Origin: Bacteroidales bacterium
GTDB taxonomy: Bacteria > Bacteroidota > Bacteroidia > Bacteroidales > FEN-979
Length of the DNA: 64,000 bases
Assembly (NCBI GenBank): GCA_038244085.1
Contig: JBBRTX010000001.1
Coordinates: 138,064 to 202,063 of the forward strand
Reading direction: 5' to 3'
Shown here: positions 46,601 to 56,110 of the stretch, in pieces
How the letters are laid out: every line of letters begins with the position of its first letter
Numbering within the stretch: position 1 is the first letter of the stretch
Translations under genes and position numbers: made by a program
Notes under the pieces: model-generated
What the model saw: the letters and a program-made list of their open reading frames with translations, nothing else
What the model was told of the DNA's origin: nothing
Databases searched by the model: none

Positions 46601-48795
46601 ATTATAATAATCTGAACGGTTGCCAGGCTGTTTTGCCAATTCAATACCCGGTTACGGTTCATCCGCTTCCGGTTCCATCCATTTCAGGACCCTTGCAGGC
46701 ATGTGCACTTTCAACAGGAAATATTTATTCCACGCAGGCCGGGATGACAAATTATCAATGGATCGTTGGTCCTGGCGGAACCATTACTTCCGGGGGGACG
46801 ACCACTGATCCTACTGTTACCATTACCTGGACCCTGGCTGGTGCGCGAACGGTTTCTATCAATTATATTAACAGTGACGGCTGCACCGCTGTAACAGCTG
46901 TTTCATTTCCTGTCACCGTGTTTGCACTTCCGATACCGATCATTACCGGACCTGCAGCCATCTGCCAGAATGCATCGAGTACCTATACGACTGATCCTGG
47001 AATGACGGTATATTCATGGACCGTCACTGCAGGAGGTATCATCACGAGCGGTCAGGGAACAAGCACCATAGATATCCAGTGGAACGCGACCGGTCTGCAA
47101 AGCATCACTGTCAATTACATAAATGGAAATGGCTGCACCGCCACGGTGGCCAGCAGTCATGCCGTGACGGTGAATGTTTTGCCTGTGCCTGTTATTTCAG
47201 GATTGAGTACCGTTTGCCAGACCAACATCCTCGTTTATAGTACCGCACCCGGGATGACCAATTACCAGTGGGTTGTTTCGGCCGGCGGAACCATCTCAGC
47301 CGGCGGCGGCCTGTCCGACGCTTCTGTCACAGTGAACTGGACGACCGCAGGACCACAAACCGTAAGCGTAAATTATACCATCCCGGCGACTGGATGTACG
47401 GCTGCAATCCCGACAAATTACCCTGTGATTGTTAAACCGAAACCGGCTGTTGCAAACATCATTCTCAATTCCCAGCAATGTTCAGGCCTCTCCACCAATA
47501 TCATCCTGCAATCCACCGTGGGCGGAAGCACCTATGTGTGGACGGCAAACGGAAGCAGCGCGGCAGTAAACGGGTATTCTGCCAGTTCCGGTCCTTCCAT
47601 CATCCAGCTACTTCAGAATACAGGATTCAATATTGAAAATGTTACCTATGGTGTAACTCCGACGGCCAATGGATGCCAGGGGGATGTGACGAATTTCGTG
47701 GTGACGGTTTTCCCGGTAGCCAATGTATTGTTCAATCCGAATGCAATGAGCTTCTGTTCGGGAGGATTGACAGCCATTACGCTCAGCAGTGGTGTTGCAG
47801 GTTCCAACTATACCTGGATCGCAACTCCAAGTTCCGGAAATATCACAGGATATTCAGCAGGCTCAGGAAACTTTATCGGCCAGATGCTGACAAATACCGG
47901 GAATATGATCGAAACCGTGATTTACACAGCGACACCTGCCGCCAATGGTTGTACAGGAACTCAGAACAGTACGCTGGTAACGGTAAATCCGCTTCCGGTT
48001 GTATCCTATACCCCTTGTACAGATATCGTGACGACCACAAATGCCAAGCCTTTTAAATTAAAAGGAGGATTGCCCTCTGGCGGAACCTATGCCGGTGCCG
48101 GCGTGTTTGGCGGAATCTTTAATCCTGCAGTAGCCGGTGTCGGGAATCATATGATCACCTATGCCTATACCAATTTCTGGGGATGCAGCGGCAACCAGAT
48201 TCAAAATATCGCTGTCATCAATTCCCCGGCTTTTGTGTGTGGAAATCCACTCATTGATATCCGCGACAACATTCAGTATCCGACCGTTCAGATCGGAACC
48301 CAATGCTGGATGTCCTCGAATCTTAATTTCGGAAATCCGATTGGCTCCGTACTGATGCAGCGTGACAACTGTGTACCTGAAAAATACTGTTCGGGAGATA
48401 ACCCGGTTAATTGTGCAACCATGGGCGGATTATACCAATGGGACGAAATGATGCAGTATGATGTAACGTCGGAACTGCAGGGATTCTGTCCCCCGGGATG
48501 GCATATTCCATCTGAGAACAACTGGAATACCTTATTTAATTTTTATATCAGCAATGGTTTCGCGGGGAGTCCGCTGAAAGCCAGCGGGTTTTCCGGATTC
48601 AATGCAAACCTCTTTGGAACCCGTTTTGATAATGTGACATGGAGTTATAATAATTTTGCAACATTCTTCTGGTCTTCTACCTCCCATGGCATTTATAAAG
48701 CATGGGCACATGGAATGAATACCTTTAACCCGAGCGTTTCCTATTATCCCGGTAACCGGTCCAATGCATTCTCGATCCGATGCCTAAAAGATTAG
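43642..48795 (+). CDS. giant modular secreted protein B: uncharacterised ~480-aa head, 1 type-0, 1+2 type-2 and 7 type-1 modules, type-3 module, C-terminal FISUMP domain
   Basis: The start is placed at ATG 43642 (MKHRFYLLYLLLSVFTFVSF, signal peptide). The head is homologous to the head of protein E (shared ...YLNGLTNLPLYDVE...YWDD...GC..W...NTINTWWY...). No T9SS CTD is present. Confidence 0.85.
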   Translation: MKHRFYLLYLLLSVFTFVSFHTSGEGTKELNNNNQHSTVLYLCTDFAGHCSGTGGVRSQFAVYNGNLSSAETDRLYFQIKDPTEILYLGFKGGNLSANPPKKIVFRIKEKITDAVVFPEQDLPLSGTGFIGTFPQAVNGPNQLLGPPTGYDAMIFTPPYAGIFFIEFAVRNTSTGSYWSGQFDIDIFDLTVASTAPPAAIPGRVFSKGWQFYEGAIPGGDNFFSKNYIISDDSIVTSAEFSNMDGGAWVQYCNQTGCGANNWIVSRKSLNNQQALFPQYKVFLNIPDPAVFPAATTLGQLVAPAPWGERNCNDGHILFHITVDKPGNVEITLTFSAPYTSRSLNQPVVTGENLFDWDGLDGSGTAIPNNSNISFTISYLNGLTNLPLYDVEGNSSGFTIGLVSPPGVTPLVYWDDTNITGPPPGIANFAGCMSPPGCHTWSGSGGGWGDHNTINTWWYNVSTSTLPVSITEFRRPQNLNFNQLPPQDYCAGTNGITFSVAPDPNSDAYVWSFTGTGATINQANAANPFITIDFAANATSGILQVHGTNVNCIAPGPTAQLFITIKPIPALAPPYSKSICSGTSVGVTLASLPAGANFSWSSPSPTCTPNIVACPAGSNSGTQILDVLGVNNTNPGTVTYHVFPMMNGCSGLNQDFIVTVNPLPVPAVAGNNNVCQSSTGNVYTTLPGMSNYLWVVSAGGTVTAGGTAASSSVTVTWNTPGAGSVSLNYTDANGCTAVSSIVFPVTIHPFSVPAVAGSATSCFGLSKTYTTAVGMTNYSWLVSAGGMITAGGSTTDNTVTVLWNTTGSQTVSLNYTDINGCTSLTPTIYNVTVNPLPVPTVSGNASLCEGTAGVIYTTEPGMSNYTWLVPAGGTITAGGTLMDNTVTVTWTTAGVRTVSVNYTNANTCTALLPTVYNVTVNALPNPTLSGTNALCLGSAGVVYATQSGQSAYNWNISAGGIITGGGNAVSSTATVTWNAVGPQWISVNYNNLNGCQAVLPIQYPVTVHPLPVPSISGPLQACALSTGNIYSTQAGMTNYQWIVGPGGTITSGGTTTDPTVTITWTLAGARTVSINYINSDGCTAVTAVSFPVTVFALPIPIITGPAAICQNASSTYTTDPGMTVYSWTVTAGGIITSGQGTSTIDIQWNATGLQSITVNYINGNGCTATVASSHAVTVNVLPVPVISGLSTVCQTNILVYSTAPGMTNYQWVVSAGGTISAGGGLSDASVTVNWTTAGPQTVSVNYTIPATGCTAAIPTNYPVIVKPKPAVANIILNSQQCSGLSTNIILQSTVGGSTYVWTANGSSAAVNGYSASSGPSIIQLLQNTGFNIENVTYGVTPTANGCQGDVTNFVVTVFPVANVLFNPNAMSFCSGGLTAITLSSGVAGSNYTWIATPSSGNITGYSAGSGNFIGQMLTNTGNMIETVIYTATPAANGCTGTQNSTLVTVNPLPVVSYTPCTDIVTTTNAKPFKLKGGLPSGGTYAGAGVFGGIFNPAVAGVGNHMITYAYTNFWGCSGNQIQNIAVINSPAFVCGNPLIDIRDNIQYPTVQIGTQCWMSSNLNFGNPIGSVLMQRDNCVPEKYCSGDNPVNCATMGGLYQWDEMMQYDVTSELQGFCPPGWHIPSENNWNTLFNFYISNGFAGSPLKASGFSGFNANLFGTRFDNVTWSYNNFATFFWSSTSHGIYKAWAHGMNTFNPSVSYYPGNRSNAFSIRCLKD
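45637..47445 (+). repeat. seven tandem 84-87-codon Ig-like modules ('type 1') inside protein B
   Basis: The pattern is xxxGxxxxCxxxxxxxYxTxxGMxNYxWxVxxGGTITxGGxxxDxTVTVxWxTxGxxTVSVNYxxxNGCTAxxPxxxxVTVxxLPxP. The array is 603 codons, in frame. Confidence 0.9.
48256..48792 (+). other. FISUMP domain, C-terminal 179 aa of protein B
   Basis: DIRDNIQYPTVQIGTQCWMSSNLNFG...GGLYQWDEMMQ...CPPGWHIPSENNWNTLF...FSIRCLKD. Confidence 0.8.
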
Positions 48796-48845
48796 CTACT
48801 TTCTGCACGTTTTTTTTTGCAGGAGGTCAAAAATAAATATACTCA

Positions 48846-51800
48846 ATGAATAAACATTTTACCCTTTACAGGATTTTATTCCTTTTTTTATTTTTTATTC
48901 CGGCCAGTAATTTCCTTTTAGGCCAAACAATGGGTGAAGGCCCCGGATTTAAACCCAGCATACCTTTAGTACCTGAATTCTCCGTGGTATATCATACCGA
49001 TAATACCGATAATGGAGGTCCTCCTCCTGTGCTTGAATCCCATTGCAGCAATTCTGATTTCAGTTACGGGAATTTTACCAAATGGAAAGGCTGTAAAGGC
49101 GTTTTTTTAGATCCTTGTTCAAATGGCCCTTTTATCCAGGCAACAGATACGGTGGGTGTCAATGCACGGTTTAAGATCTTCCCGGCAACCCCTCCAACAA
49201 CCGACCCATATACCTCAGGTCTTTTACCCACCGTATTCCCCGGCGAAGCGTTTTCGGCCCGTTTAGGAAATAGTGTAACCGGTGCCCAGGCCGAGCGACT
49301 TACCTTTTCGGTATCAGTTACGCCCCAATCCTATCTTTTTGTATATCGATATGCCGTCGTTCTTAATGATAATGGTCATCAGCCTGATCAGCAACCCAGC
49401 TTCGAGATTCAGGTCCTTGATAGTTTAGGTGTTCTTGTTGATACCTGTGGAAAATATTATGTATATGCGCAACCCGGACTTCCAGGCTGGCATAATGGTA
49501 TTCCGGCAAATAGTGCACCGGTGAGGTGGAAAGATTGGACTACGGTAGGGATGAATTTACAGGATTATAGTGGAAAAATATTAACGATTCAATTTACGAC
49601 AAAGGATTGCAAGCCGACCGGCCACTTTGGATATGCCTATATTTCTGCCTATTGCAGTTATCTTGAATTACAAACGGCCCTTTGTGAGGGAGATTCCTCG
49701 GCCACATTGACAGGACCTCCGGGGTTCGGCTATTTATGGAATACGGTAAATGGCGATACGACAGTAAATGGCGATACCACGCAGACCATCCTGGTTCCTC
49801 ATCCCACAACCGGTTCAACCTATAGCTGCGAACTTACTGCCGCCAATAACTGTAAGGTTACCATTAATACTACGCTTACCTATACCCAGATTCATACCGG
49901 TTTTTCTGAAATACTAAATTGCGCGAATCGGCCTTGCACTTTTGTGGATACCACCTGGGTTAGTCAAAACTATGTGACCGGCTGGCGTTGGTACTTTGGG
50001 GATCCCACCTCCGGCTCGTCCGATTCATCCAATCTGAGATATCCTGTGCATAGTTTTACATCGGCGGGAAATTATCAGATTACCCTGATTTCGTATTCAA
50101 CAGAAGGATGTGCCGATACCACGACAAAAACAATTACCATTGGCCCTTTGCCAACCATGACAAGTATTCCCACCGTTCTTACCCTATGCAGCGGAACCCC
50201 GATAAATTATGCTTTAACAGCCAATGAGCCCGGGGCCTGGTTCAACTGGCGGTCGCATCCGAGAGTGGTCGGCCCTATTACCGGATTTACCAATAACAAT
50301 ATCGTCAACAACCCGATCACCACCCTGAATGATGTGCTGATAAACCTGGGAAACACGATTGACACCGTTTATTACAGCATTGTCCCGGTTACTTCGGGGT
50401 GTACGGGAGATTCAATCCTGCTGAAGGTAGCCGTCAAGCCCTATCCCGACCTGACCAACCCGGTGCTGGTAAAATCCATTTGCGACAGTACCCGCACCAA
50501 CATCGATCTTAATTCGCATAATAGTACCACGCGTTATACCTGGACCTGTACGGCCACATCCGGTAATCTTTCCGGATTCGCAGATAACACTGCCACTCCG
50601 GATACCCTGCTCAATCAATTGCTGCGTAATTCAGGCACCTCCATTGATACGGTGATTTATCATGTCACCGGCCATGGCTTCGGATGTGACGGGCCGCTCT
50701 ATCTCTTTAAAGTGGCGGTTTACCCGGTACCGAACCTGTCGAATGTTCCCTTAAGTGCCAGTACCTGTAATGGCGTGCCGATCAGCATACCGCTGACGAC
50801 CACCGTAACAGGGACGCTTTTCACCTGGACCGTAACACCTAGTGCCCCCAGCATTACAGGGGGCACCAACAATGTTATCCCCATCAATGTACTGAACCAA
50901 ACCTTATCAAATTCAGCAACGAGCCCTGGCACCGAAACCTACCTGATTACCCCGCATGCCAACGGTTGTGATGGATGGAGGAAGAACTTTGTTGTAACGG
51001 TTTATCCGACGGCTGTAATAAATGCCGCCCCGGTCAGCCTTTCCATCTGTTCCGGCCAGACCGCCGTTGTGAACCTGAGCTCGCTTACAGCAGGAACCTC
51101 CTATTCATGGACCTGCACGCCCAGTTCAAATAAAGTATTGGGTTTTTCAGCCGGGTCGGGAAACACGATCAGCCAGGTTCTTACCGACACGAGCGCTGTC
51201 AATCAAACCGTAACGTATCATATCACCCCTTTGGCCAATGGTTGTAATGGCACGGTCCTCGATTATGTGGTTACCGTAAAACCCTTGCCCGACGTATTGT
51301 TTAACCCGGCAACACCAACGATTTGTTCAGGGCAAACTGCAATCATCAACCTGACTTCGCATGTTGCCTTAACGACCTATGCATGGACTGCCGTTCCCAG
51401 TTCTCCCACGGTCACCGGGTATGCTGACGGCATCGGGAACCTCATCTCCCAAACCCTTACTACGCCTGGTATTGTAGCCGAAACGGTGACCTATTCGGTT
51501 ACAGGAACCTCAAATTTATGTTCAGGACTTCCCTATCCTGTTATTGTGACCATCAACCCCAAGCCACACCTGGTGCCGCTGACCATGAACCAGACCATCT
51601 GTTCCGGGACAGCTACCAATCTCCCGCTGTCTTCCAGCGCGCTGAATACAACTTTTACATGGACGACATCCAACCCGGCAGGAAATGTAACCGGAAATTC
51701 CGCCGGTTCAGGGGCCTTGATCAGCCAGCTTCTGACAAATAATCTTTCCACGCAAGGAACCATTCTTTATGTGATAACACCGGCAACCGCCACCTGTACC

Positions 51801-54800
51801 GGGGATGTTTCCACCTACACCGTTTTTGTCGATCCCAAGCCCTTGTTAAGCAATGCACCGGCTACTGCCGAGATCTGCAACGGAGCCTCACCCAATGTCA
51901 CCCTGACTTCCGCTGTCGCGGGATCCACCTTTACCTGGACTGCCACGCCCAGTTCCGCTAATGTTACCGGTTTTTCGGACAATGCAATCCCGGTTACCCT
52001 GCTGAACCAGACTTTATTCAACTCCGGAACCGTCATGGAAACGGTAACCTATCATATTACGCCCCATGCCAATGGTTGCGACGGGTCTGTTGCGGATTTT
52101 GTCGTCTCGGTCCATCCGGTTCCTGTTCCGACACTTGCGGGGAACAACAACCTTTGCAAAGGAACTTCCGGTGTGGTTTATACTACACAGGCCGGAAAAA
52201 TCAATTATAACTGGAGTGTTTCTATCGGCGGAACGATCACAGCCGGAGGAACTCCCGTTTCCAATACGGTAACCGTTACCTGGACTACTTCCGGTGCAAA
52301 AACGGTCACGGTAACCTATTCAGACCCTTTCGGATGTCCTGCTGCGGCGCCGGTCATTTACCCGGTCACGGTTAATGACCTTCCGGTTCCGACTGTTTCA
52401 GGAAACCAGAGTGTCTGCAGATTAACCACCGGTGTAGTTTATACCACTGAAGCCGGGAAAACGAATTATACCTGGAGCATCTCTGGCGGAGGAACCATCA
52501 CTGCCGGAGGAACAGCAACGGATCCCACCGCCACGGTCACCTGGAGCACTGCCGGGGCACAAACCATTTCCGTTAATTACAATGATGCCAACAACTGTAC
52601 TGCGGTCAGTCCGACCGTTTACAATGTGACCGTCCATGCGCTTCCCTCACCTGCCATTGCCGGATCAAATGCCCTCTGCAAATTAACCACCGGGGTGGTT
52701 TATACCACTCAGGCCGGAAAAACCGGCTATAGCTGGAGTGTTTCCGCCGGAGGAACCATCACCGCCGGAGGCACTGTAACGGATCCAACCGTTACGGTTA
52801 CCTGGAATACTGCCGGGGCCCAAACGGTCAGCGTGAATTATGTCGATGCCAATGGCTGTACTGCCGTTACACCCTTCGTTTTTAATGTAACCGTTCATGA
52901 TTTGCCGGTTCCCGTCATTGCAGGCCCGGCTGCCATTTGTGCAAATACAACCGGCATTTATTCAACACTGCCCGGGATGTCCCTTTACAACTGGGTTGTC
53001 TCCGCAGGAGGAACACTGACCTCCGGCAGCGGAACCAACGCTATAAATGTTCTCTGGAATACCATCGGGCTGCAAACCATCACGGTGAATTATTTTGATG
53101 CCAACGGTTGTACTGCAGTGGCTCCGACCAGTTACACGGTAAATGTCAACATCCTTCCAACGCCTCCTATCACAGGTACAAACAGTATCTGCACCGGTTT
53201 TTCTGCCACTTACAGCACGGATGCAGGAATGTCGGCGTATACCTGGGCTGTATCTCCCGGAGGAACGATTACCGGAGGCGGAACCCTTACGGATCCAACG
53301 GTTACCGTTCACTGGACTACAGTCGGCGCTCAGACCGTTTCGGTAAACTATACGGTAGGAACAGGGTGTACCGCCGCTTCACCTTCGGTATATAACATAA
53401 CGGTGCATCCTTTACCTGTTCCTGTCTTAACCGGAACCAATGTCATTTGTGCCGGTCCCACCGGGCTGGTCTATACCACTGATGTGGCAATGACCAACTA
53501 TCAATGGGTTGTTACCAGCGGAACGATCTCTGCAGGTGGCGGAACCAGTGACAATACCGTTACCGTTCAATGGCTCACAGCCGGAGCAAAGACGGTTTCG
53601 GTCAATTATACCAATGCCAACAGCTGTACCGCACTTTTACCCACCAGCTTCCCGGTTACCGTCAACCCATTACCCATCCCCGCCGTACCAGGCCCGTCGG
53701 CCATTTGTCTGAATTTTACCGGAACCTACTCAACCGATGCAGGCATGAGCAATTACCAGTGGCTGGTCCCATTGGGCGGAACGATCACTTCCGGAGCAGG
53801 AACCAATACCATCAGCGTTTTATGGACTACCCTGGGAGCCAAAACCATCACCATCAATTACAATGATGCAAATGGCTGTACTGCTCCCGCCCCATCTTCC
53901 TTTACCGTAACCGTTAACCTGTTGCCGGCGCCAACCATAACCGGAGCCAATTCGATCTGTACCGGGCTGAGCACCACCTATACGACAGAAGCCGGGATGA
54001 ATAATTATTTGTGGAACGTCTCTCCCGGAGGAGCCATCACTTCAGGAGGCGGTCTGTCGGATCATACCGTTACCATTCTCTGGAGTACATCCGGAATGCA
54101 GAATGTCAGCGTCAATTACTCACTTGCCACCGGGTGCACCGCCGTATTATCCACCCCGTATAATGTCACAGTAAAACCCCGGCCGGTTGTAACGAATATG
54201 GTGACCACTTCTTCCATCTGTTCGGGCACTTCCAACAATTTCATCCTTCTGCCCGATCTTCCGGGGACTTCTTTTGCATGGACCGCTTCGGGAAGCAGCG
54301 CCAGTGTAACCGGGTTCAGCAATGCTTCCGGGCCGGTTATCGCACAAGTGCTGACAAACTCCGGTTTTAATATTGAGAATGTCATCTATTCGGTTACCCC
54401 AACGCTCAATGCCTGCGACGGAACGGTTGTACCTTTCCAGACCACGGTTTTCCCTGTGGCCGATGTTTACTTCACTCCGAACGGCCAATCCTTTTGCTCG
54501 GGAGGTACCTCGAGCATCACGCTTGCCTCTAATGTGGCCAACACCACCTTTACCTGGACGGCATCCGGAAGTTCGGGCAACATCAACGGCTTCACCAACG
54601 GCAGCGGAACGCTCATTCAGCAAACCCTCCTCAATACAAGCTACCTGATTGAGACCGCCACCTATCTTGTTGCCCCGCTGGCCAACAGTTGTCCGGGAGC
54701 CAATAAAAATGTTGTGGTACAGGTTTATCCATGGCCTTCGGTCAGTTATACCGCTTGTCCCGACCTGGTCACCACCACCGATGCCAAGCCTTTCCGTCTG

Positions 54801-55535
54801 AAAGGCGGGATTCCTCCAGGGGGAACCTATTCGGGAACCGGTGTTTTCGCGGGCATGTTCAATCCGGGTATTGCAGGCATCGGAATGCATCTGATCAGCT
54901 ATGCCTATTCAAACACCTGGGGCTGCAATGGCGGCGCAGCACAGACCATTGCGGTGATTGCACCCCCTGTGTTTGCCTGTGGAAACAACCTCATCGACAT
55001 TCGCGATAATCAGCAATACCCGACTGTTCAAATCGGAACCCAATGCTGGATGTCGACGAACCTTAATTACGGGAATGCCATTCAGGCAAACAACATGCAA
55101 CGGGATAATTGCCTGATGGAGAAGTATTGTTTCGGAGATAACCCGATGAACTGCAGCGTATCCGGCGGACTTTATCAATGGGACGAAGTGATGCAGTATG
55201 AAACCACCAGCGAAAGCCAGGGATTCTGTCCTCCTTCATGGCATCTTCCCTCCGAAACTGACTGGAACAGACTTTTCAATTTCTATATCAGCAACGGGTT
55301 TGCCGGTAGTGCGTTGAAAACTACCGGGTATTCCGGCTTCAATGCGTTTTTGTATGGCGACCGGTTTGATAACACAAATTGGAATTACAGCAACTTTGCT
55401 ACGCTTTTCTGGTCTTCCACGATCCATGGCCCTTACAAAGCCTGGGCTCATGGCATGAACTTTTATAACCCCAGCGTCTCCTATTACCCCGGTAACCGTT
55501 CGAATGCGTTTTCGATAAGATGTTTAAAAGATTGA
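48846..55535 (+). CDS. giant modular secreted protein C (2229 aa): uncharacterised head + PKD domain, 7 type-2, 8 type-1, 2 type-2, type-3 module, C-terminal FISUMP domain
   Basis: - It has the signal peptide MNKHFTLYRILFLFLFFIPASNFLLGQ.
- The head carries RLGNSVTGAQAERLTF...YRYAVVLNDNGHQPDQQPSFEIQV...GHFGYAYISAYC.
- A classical PKD domain follows (WRWYFGDPTSG...HSFTSAGNYQITL), then 17 stalk modules.
- No T9SS CTD is present. Confidence 0.85.
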   Translation: MNKHFTLYRILFLFLFFIPASNFLLGQTMGEGPGFKPSIPLVPEFSVVYHTDNTDNGGPPPVLESHCSNSDFSYGNFTKWKGCKGVFLDPCSNGPFIQATDTVGVNARFKIFPATPPTTDPYTSGLLPTVFPGEAFSARLGNSVTGAQAERLTFSVSVTPQSYLFVYRYAVVLNDNGHQPDQQPSFEIQVLDSLGVLVDTCGKYYVYAQPGLPGWHNGIPANSAPVRWKDWTTVGMNLQDYSGKILTIQFTTKDCKPTGHFGYAYISAYCSYLELQTALCEGDSSATLTGPPGFGYLWNTVNGDTTVNGDTTQTILVPHPTTGSTYSCELTAANNCKVTINTTLTYTQIHTGFSEILNCANRPCTFVDTTWVSQNYVTGWRWYFGDPTSGSSDSSNLRYPVHSFTSAGNYQITLISYSTEGCADTTTKTITIGPLPTMTSIPTVLTLCSGTPINYALTANEPGAWFNWRSHPRVVGPITGFTNNNIVNNPITTLNDVLINLGNTIDTVYYSIVPVTSGCTGDSILLKVAVKPYPDLTNPVLVKSICDSTRTNIDLNSHNSTTRYTWTCTATSGNLSGFADNTATPDTLLNQLLRNSGTSIDTVIYHVTGHGFGCDGPLYLFKVAVYPVPNLSNVPLSASTCNGVPISIPLTTTVTGTLFTWTVTPSAPSITGGTNNVIPINVLNQTLSNSATSPGTETYLITPHANGCDGWRKNFVVTVYPTAVINAAPVSLSICSGQTAVVNLSSLTAGTSYSWTCTPSSNKVLGFSAGSGNTISQVLTDTSAVNQTVTYHITPLANGCNGTVLDYVVTVKPLPDVLFNPATPTICSGQTAIINLTSHVALTTYAWTAVPSSPTVTGYADGIGNLISQTLTTPGIVAETVTYSVTGTSNLCSGLPYPVIVTINPKPHLVPLTMNQTICSGTATNLPLSSSALNTTFTWTTSNPAGNVTGNSAGSGALISQLLTNNLSTQGTILYVITPATATCTGDVSTYTVFVDPKPLLSNAPATAEICNGASPNVTLTSAVAGSTFTWTATPSSANVTGFSDNAIPVTLLNQTLFNSGTVMETVTYHITPHANGCDGSVADFVVSVHPVPVPTLAGNNNLCKGTSGVVYTTQAGKINYNWSVSIGGTITAGGTPVSNTVTVTWTTSGAKTVTVTYSDPFGCPAAAPVIYPVTVNDLPVPTVSGNQSVCRLTTGVVYTTEAGKTNYTWSISGGGTITAGGTATDPTATVTWSTAGAQTISVNYNDANNCTAVSPTVYNVTVHALPSPAIAGSNALCKLTTGVVYTTQAGKTGYSWSVSAGGTITAGGTVTDPTVTVTWNTAGAQTVSVNYVDANGCTAVTPFVFNVTVHDLPVPVIAGPAAICANTTGIYSTLPGMSLYNWVVSAGGTLTSGSGTNAINVLWNTIGLQTITVNYFDANGCTAVAPTSYTVNVNILPTPPITGTNSICTGFSATYSTDAGMSAYTWAVSPGGTITGGGTLTDPTVTVHWTTVGAQTVSVNYTVGTGCTAASPSVYNITVHPLPVPVLTGTNVICAGPTGLVYTTDVAMTNYQWVVTSGTISAGGGTSDNTVTVQWLTAGAKTVSVNYTNANSCTALLPTSFPVTVNPLPIPAVPGPSAICLNFTGTYSTDAGMSNYQWLVPLGGTITSGAGTNTISVLWTTLGAKTITINYNDANGCTAPAPSSFTVTVNLLPAPTITGANSICTGLSTTYTTEAGMNNYLWNVSPGGAITSGGGLSDHTVTILWSTSGMQNVSVNYSLATGCTAVLSTPYNVTVKPRPVVTNMVTTSSICSGTSNNFILLPDLPGTSFAWTASGSSASVTGFSNASGPVIAQVLTNSGFNIENVIYSVTPTLNACDGTVVPFQTTVFPVADVYFTPNGQSFCSGGTSSITLASNVANTTFTWTASGSSGNINGFTNGSGTLIQQTLLNTSYLIETATYLVAPLANSCPGANKNVVVQVYPWPSVSYTACPDLVTTTDAKPFRLKGGIPPGGTYSGTGVFAGMFNPGIAGIGMHLISYAYSNTWGCNGGAAQTIAVIAPPVFACGNNLIDIRDNQQYPTVQIGTQCWMSTNLNYGNAIQANNMQRDNCLMEKYCFGDNPMNCSVSGGLYQWDEVMQYETTSESQGFCPPSWHLPSETDWNRLFNFYISNGFAGSALKTTGYSGFNAFLYGDRFDNTNWNYSNFATLFWSSTIHGPYKAWAHGMNFYNPSVSYYPGNRSNAFSIRCLKD
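50181..52130 (+). repeat. seven tandem ~90-95-codon PKD-like modules ('type 2') inside protein C
   Basis: The pattern is xICSGxxxxxxLxSxxxGxxFxWTxxxSSxxVTGxSxGxGxxIxQxLxNxxxxxxTVTYxITPxANGCxGxxxxFxVTVxPxP. Confidence 0.85.
52131..54185 (+). repeat. eight tandem 84-87-codon 'type 1' modules inside protein C
   Basis: The array is 685 codons, in frame. Neighbouring units 2 and 3 are visibly similar even at the DNA level (shared runs such as ATTAACCACCGG, GGAGGAACCATCAC, ACTGCCGGGGC). Confidence 0.9.
54996..55532 (+). other. FISUMP domain, C-terminal 179 aa of protein C
   Basis: DIRDNQQYPTVQIGTQCWMSTNLNYG...GGLYQWDEVMQ...CPPSWHLPSETDWNRLF...FSIRCLKD. Confidence 0.8.
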
Positions 55536-55558
55536 TTTCCTGAGATAAAATAATTGTG

Positions 55559-56011
55559 ATGAAAAAAACATTGGGTTGTTTCCTGGTCTTATTGCTTTTA
55601 CTGGCCTCTTGTTCCAAAGAAAAGGGAGGAGGGGGATCGAAAAGCTCTTCCTACAACAATACAGACAGTCATAATACCGGGACGGCTTGCATGAGTTGCC
55701 ACAGCAATGGCAGTGATAATGGGTTTTGGTGGACGGTGGCAGGAACCGTTTATAGGCCGGGTGAAACAGACCTGAACCCGAATGGAACCGTATATCTCTT
55801 CAAGGCATCAGATCCCACGGGAACACCTGTTCTGACATTACCGGTGGATGCAAAGGGTAACTTTTACACAACCGGGGCCGTCGATTTCAGTATCGGACTG
55901 ATCGCCAGCGTGAAAAGCAATTCAGGAGTGATAGAGAAGATGACCTCCGTCATTACTTCCGGTAACTGCAACAGTTGCCATATTTCCGGGAAAAGGATCT
56001 TTGTAAATTAA
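55559..56011 (+). CDS. small lipoprotein with two CxxCH motifs flanking a beta-sandwich-like core (putative c-type haem or metal binding)
   Basis: It has a lipoprotein signal (LLLLLASC), a Gly/Ser linker, CMSCH at the N-terminal end and CNSCH at the C-terminal end. Between them lies a CarboxypepD_reg-like stretch (WWTVAGTVYRPGE...VYLF...DAKGNFYT). The start is placed at ATG 55559, 23 nt after the stop of protein C. Confidence 0.6.
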   Translation: MKKTLGCFLVLLLLLASCSKEKGGGGSKSSSYNNTDSHNTGTACMSCHSNGSDNGFWWTVAGTVYRPGETDLNPNGTVYLFKASDPTGTPVLTLPVDAKGNFYTTGAVDFSIGLIASVKSNSGVIEKMTSVITSGNCNSCHISGKRIFVN

Positions 56012-56110
56012 CCTTCCGGCTCCCGACAACAGTAGTTTTTGTAAATTTACATCTCAAAGGCAACTCCTTATAAAATTGTTGTCTTTATCCTATTATTTGG
56101 AGTTACTTTG

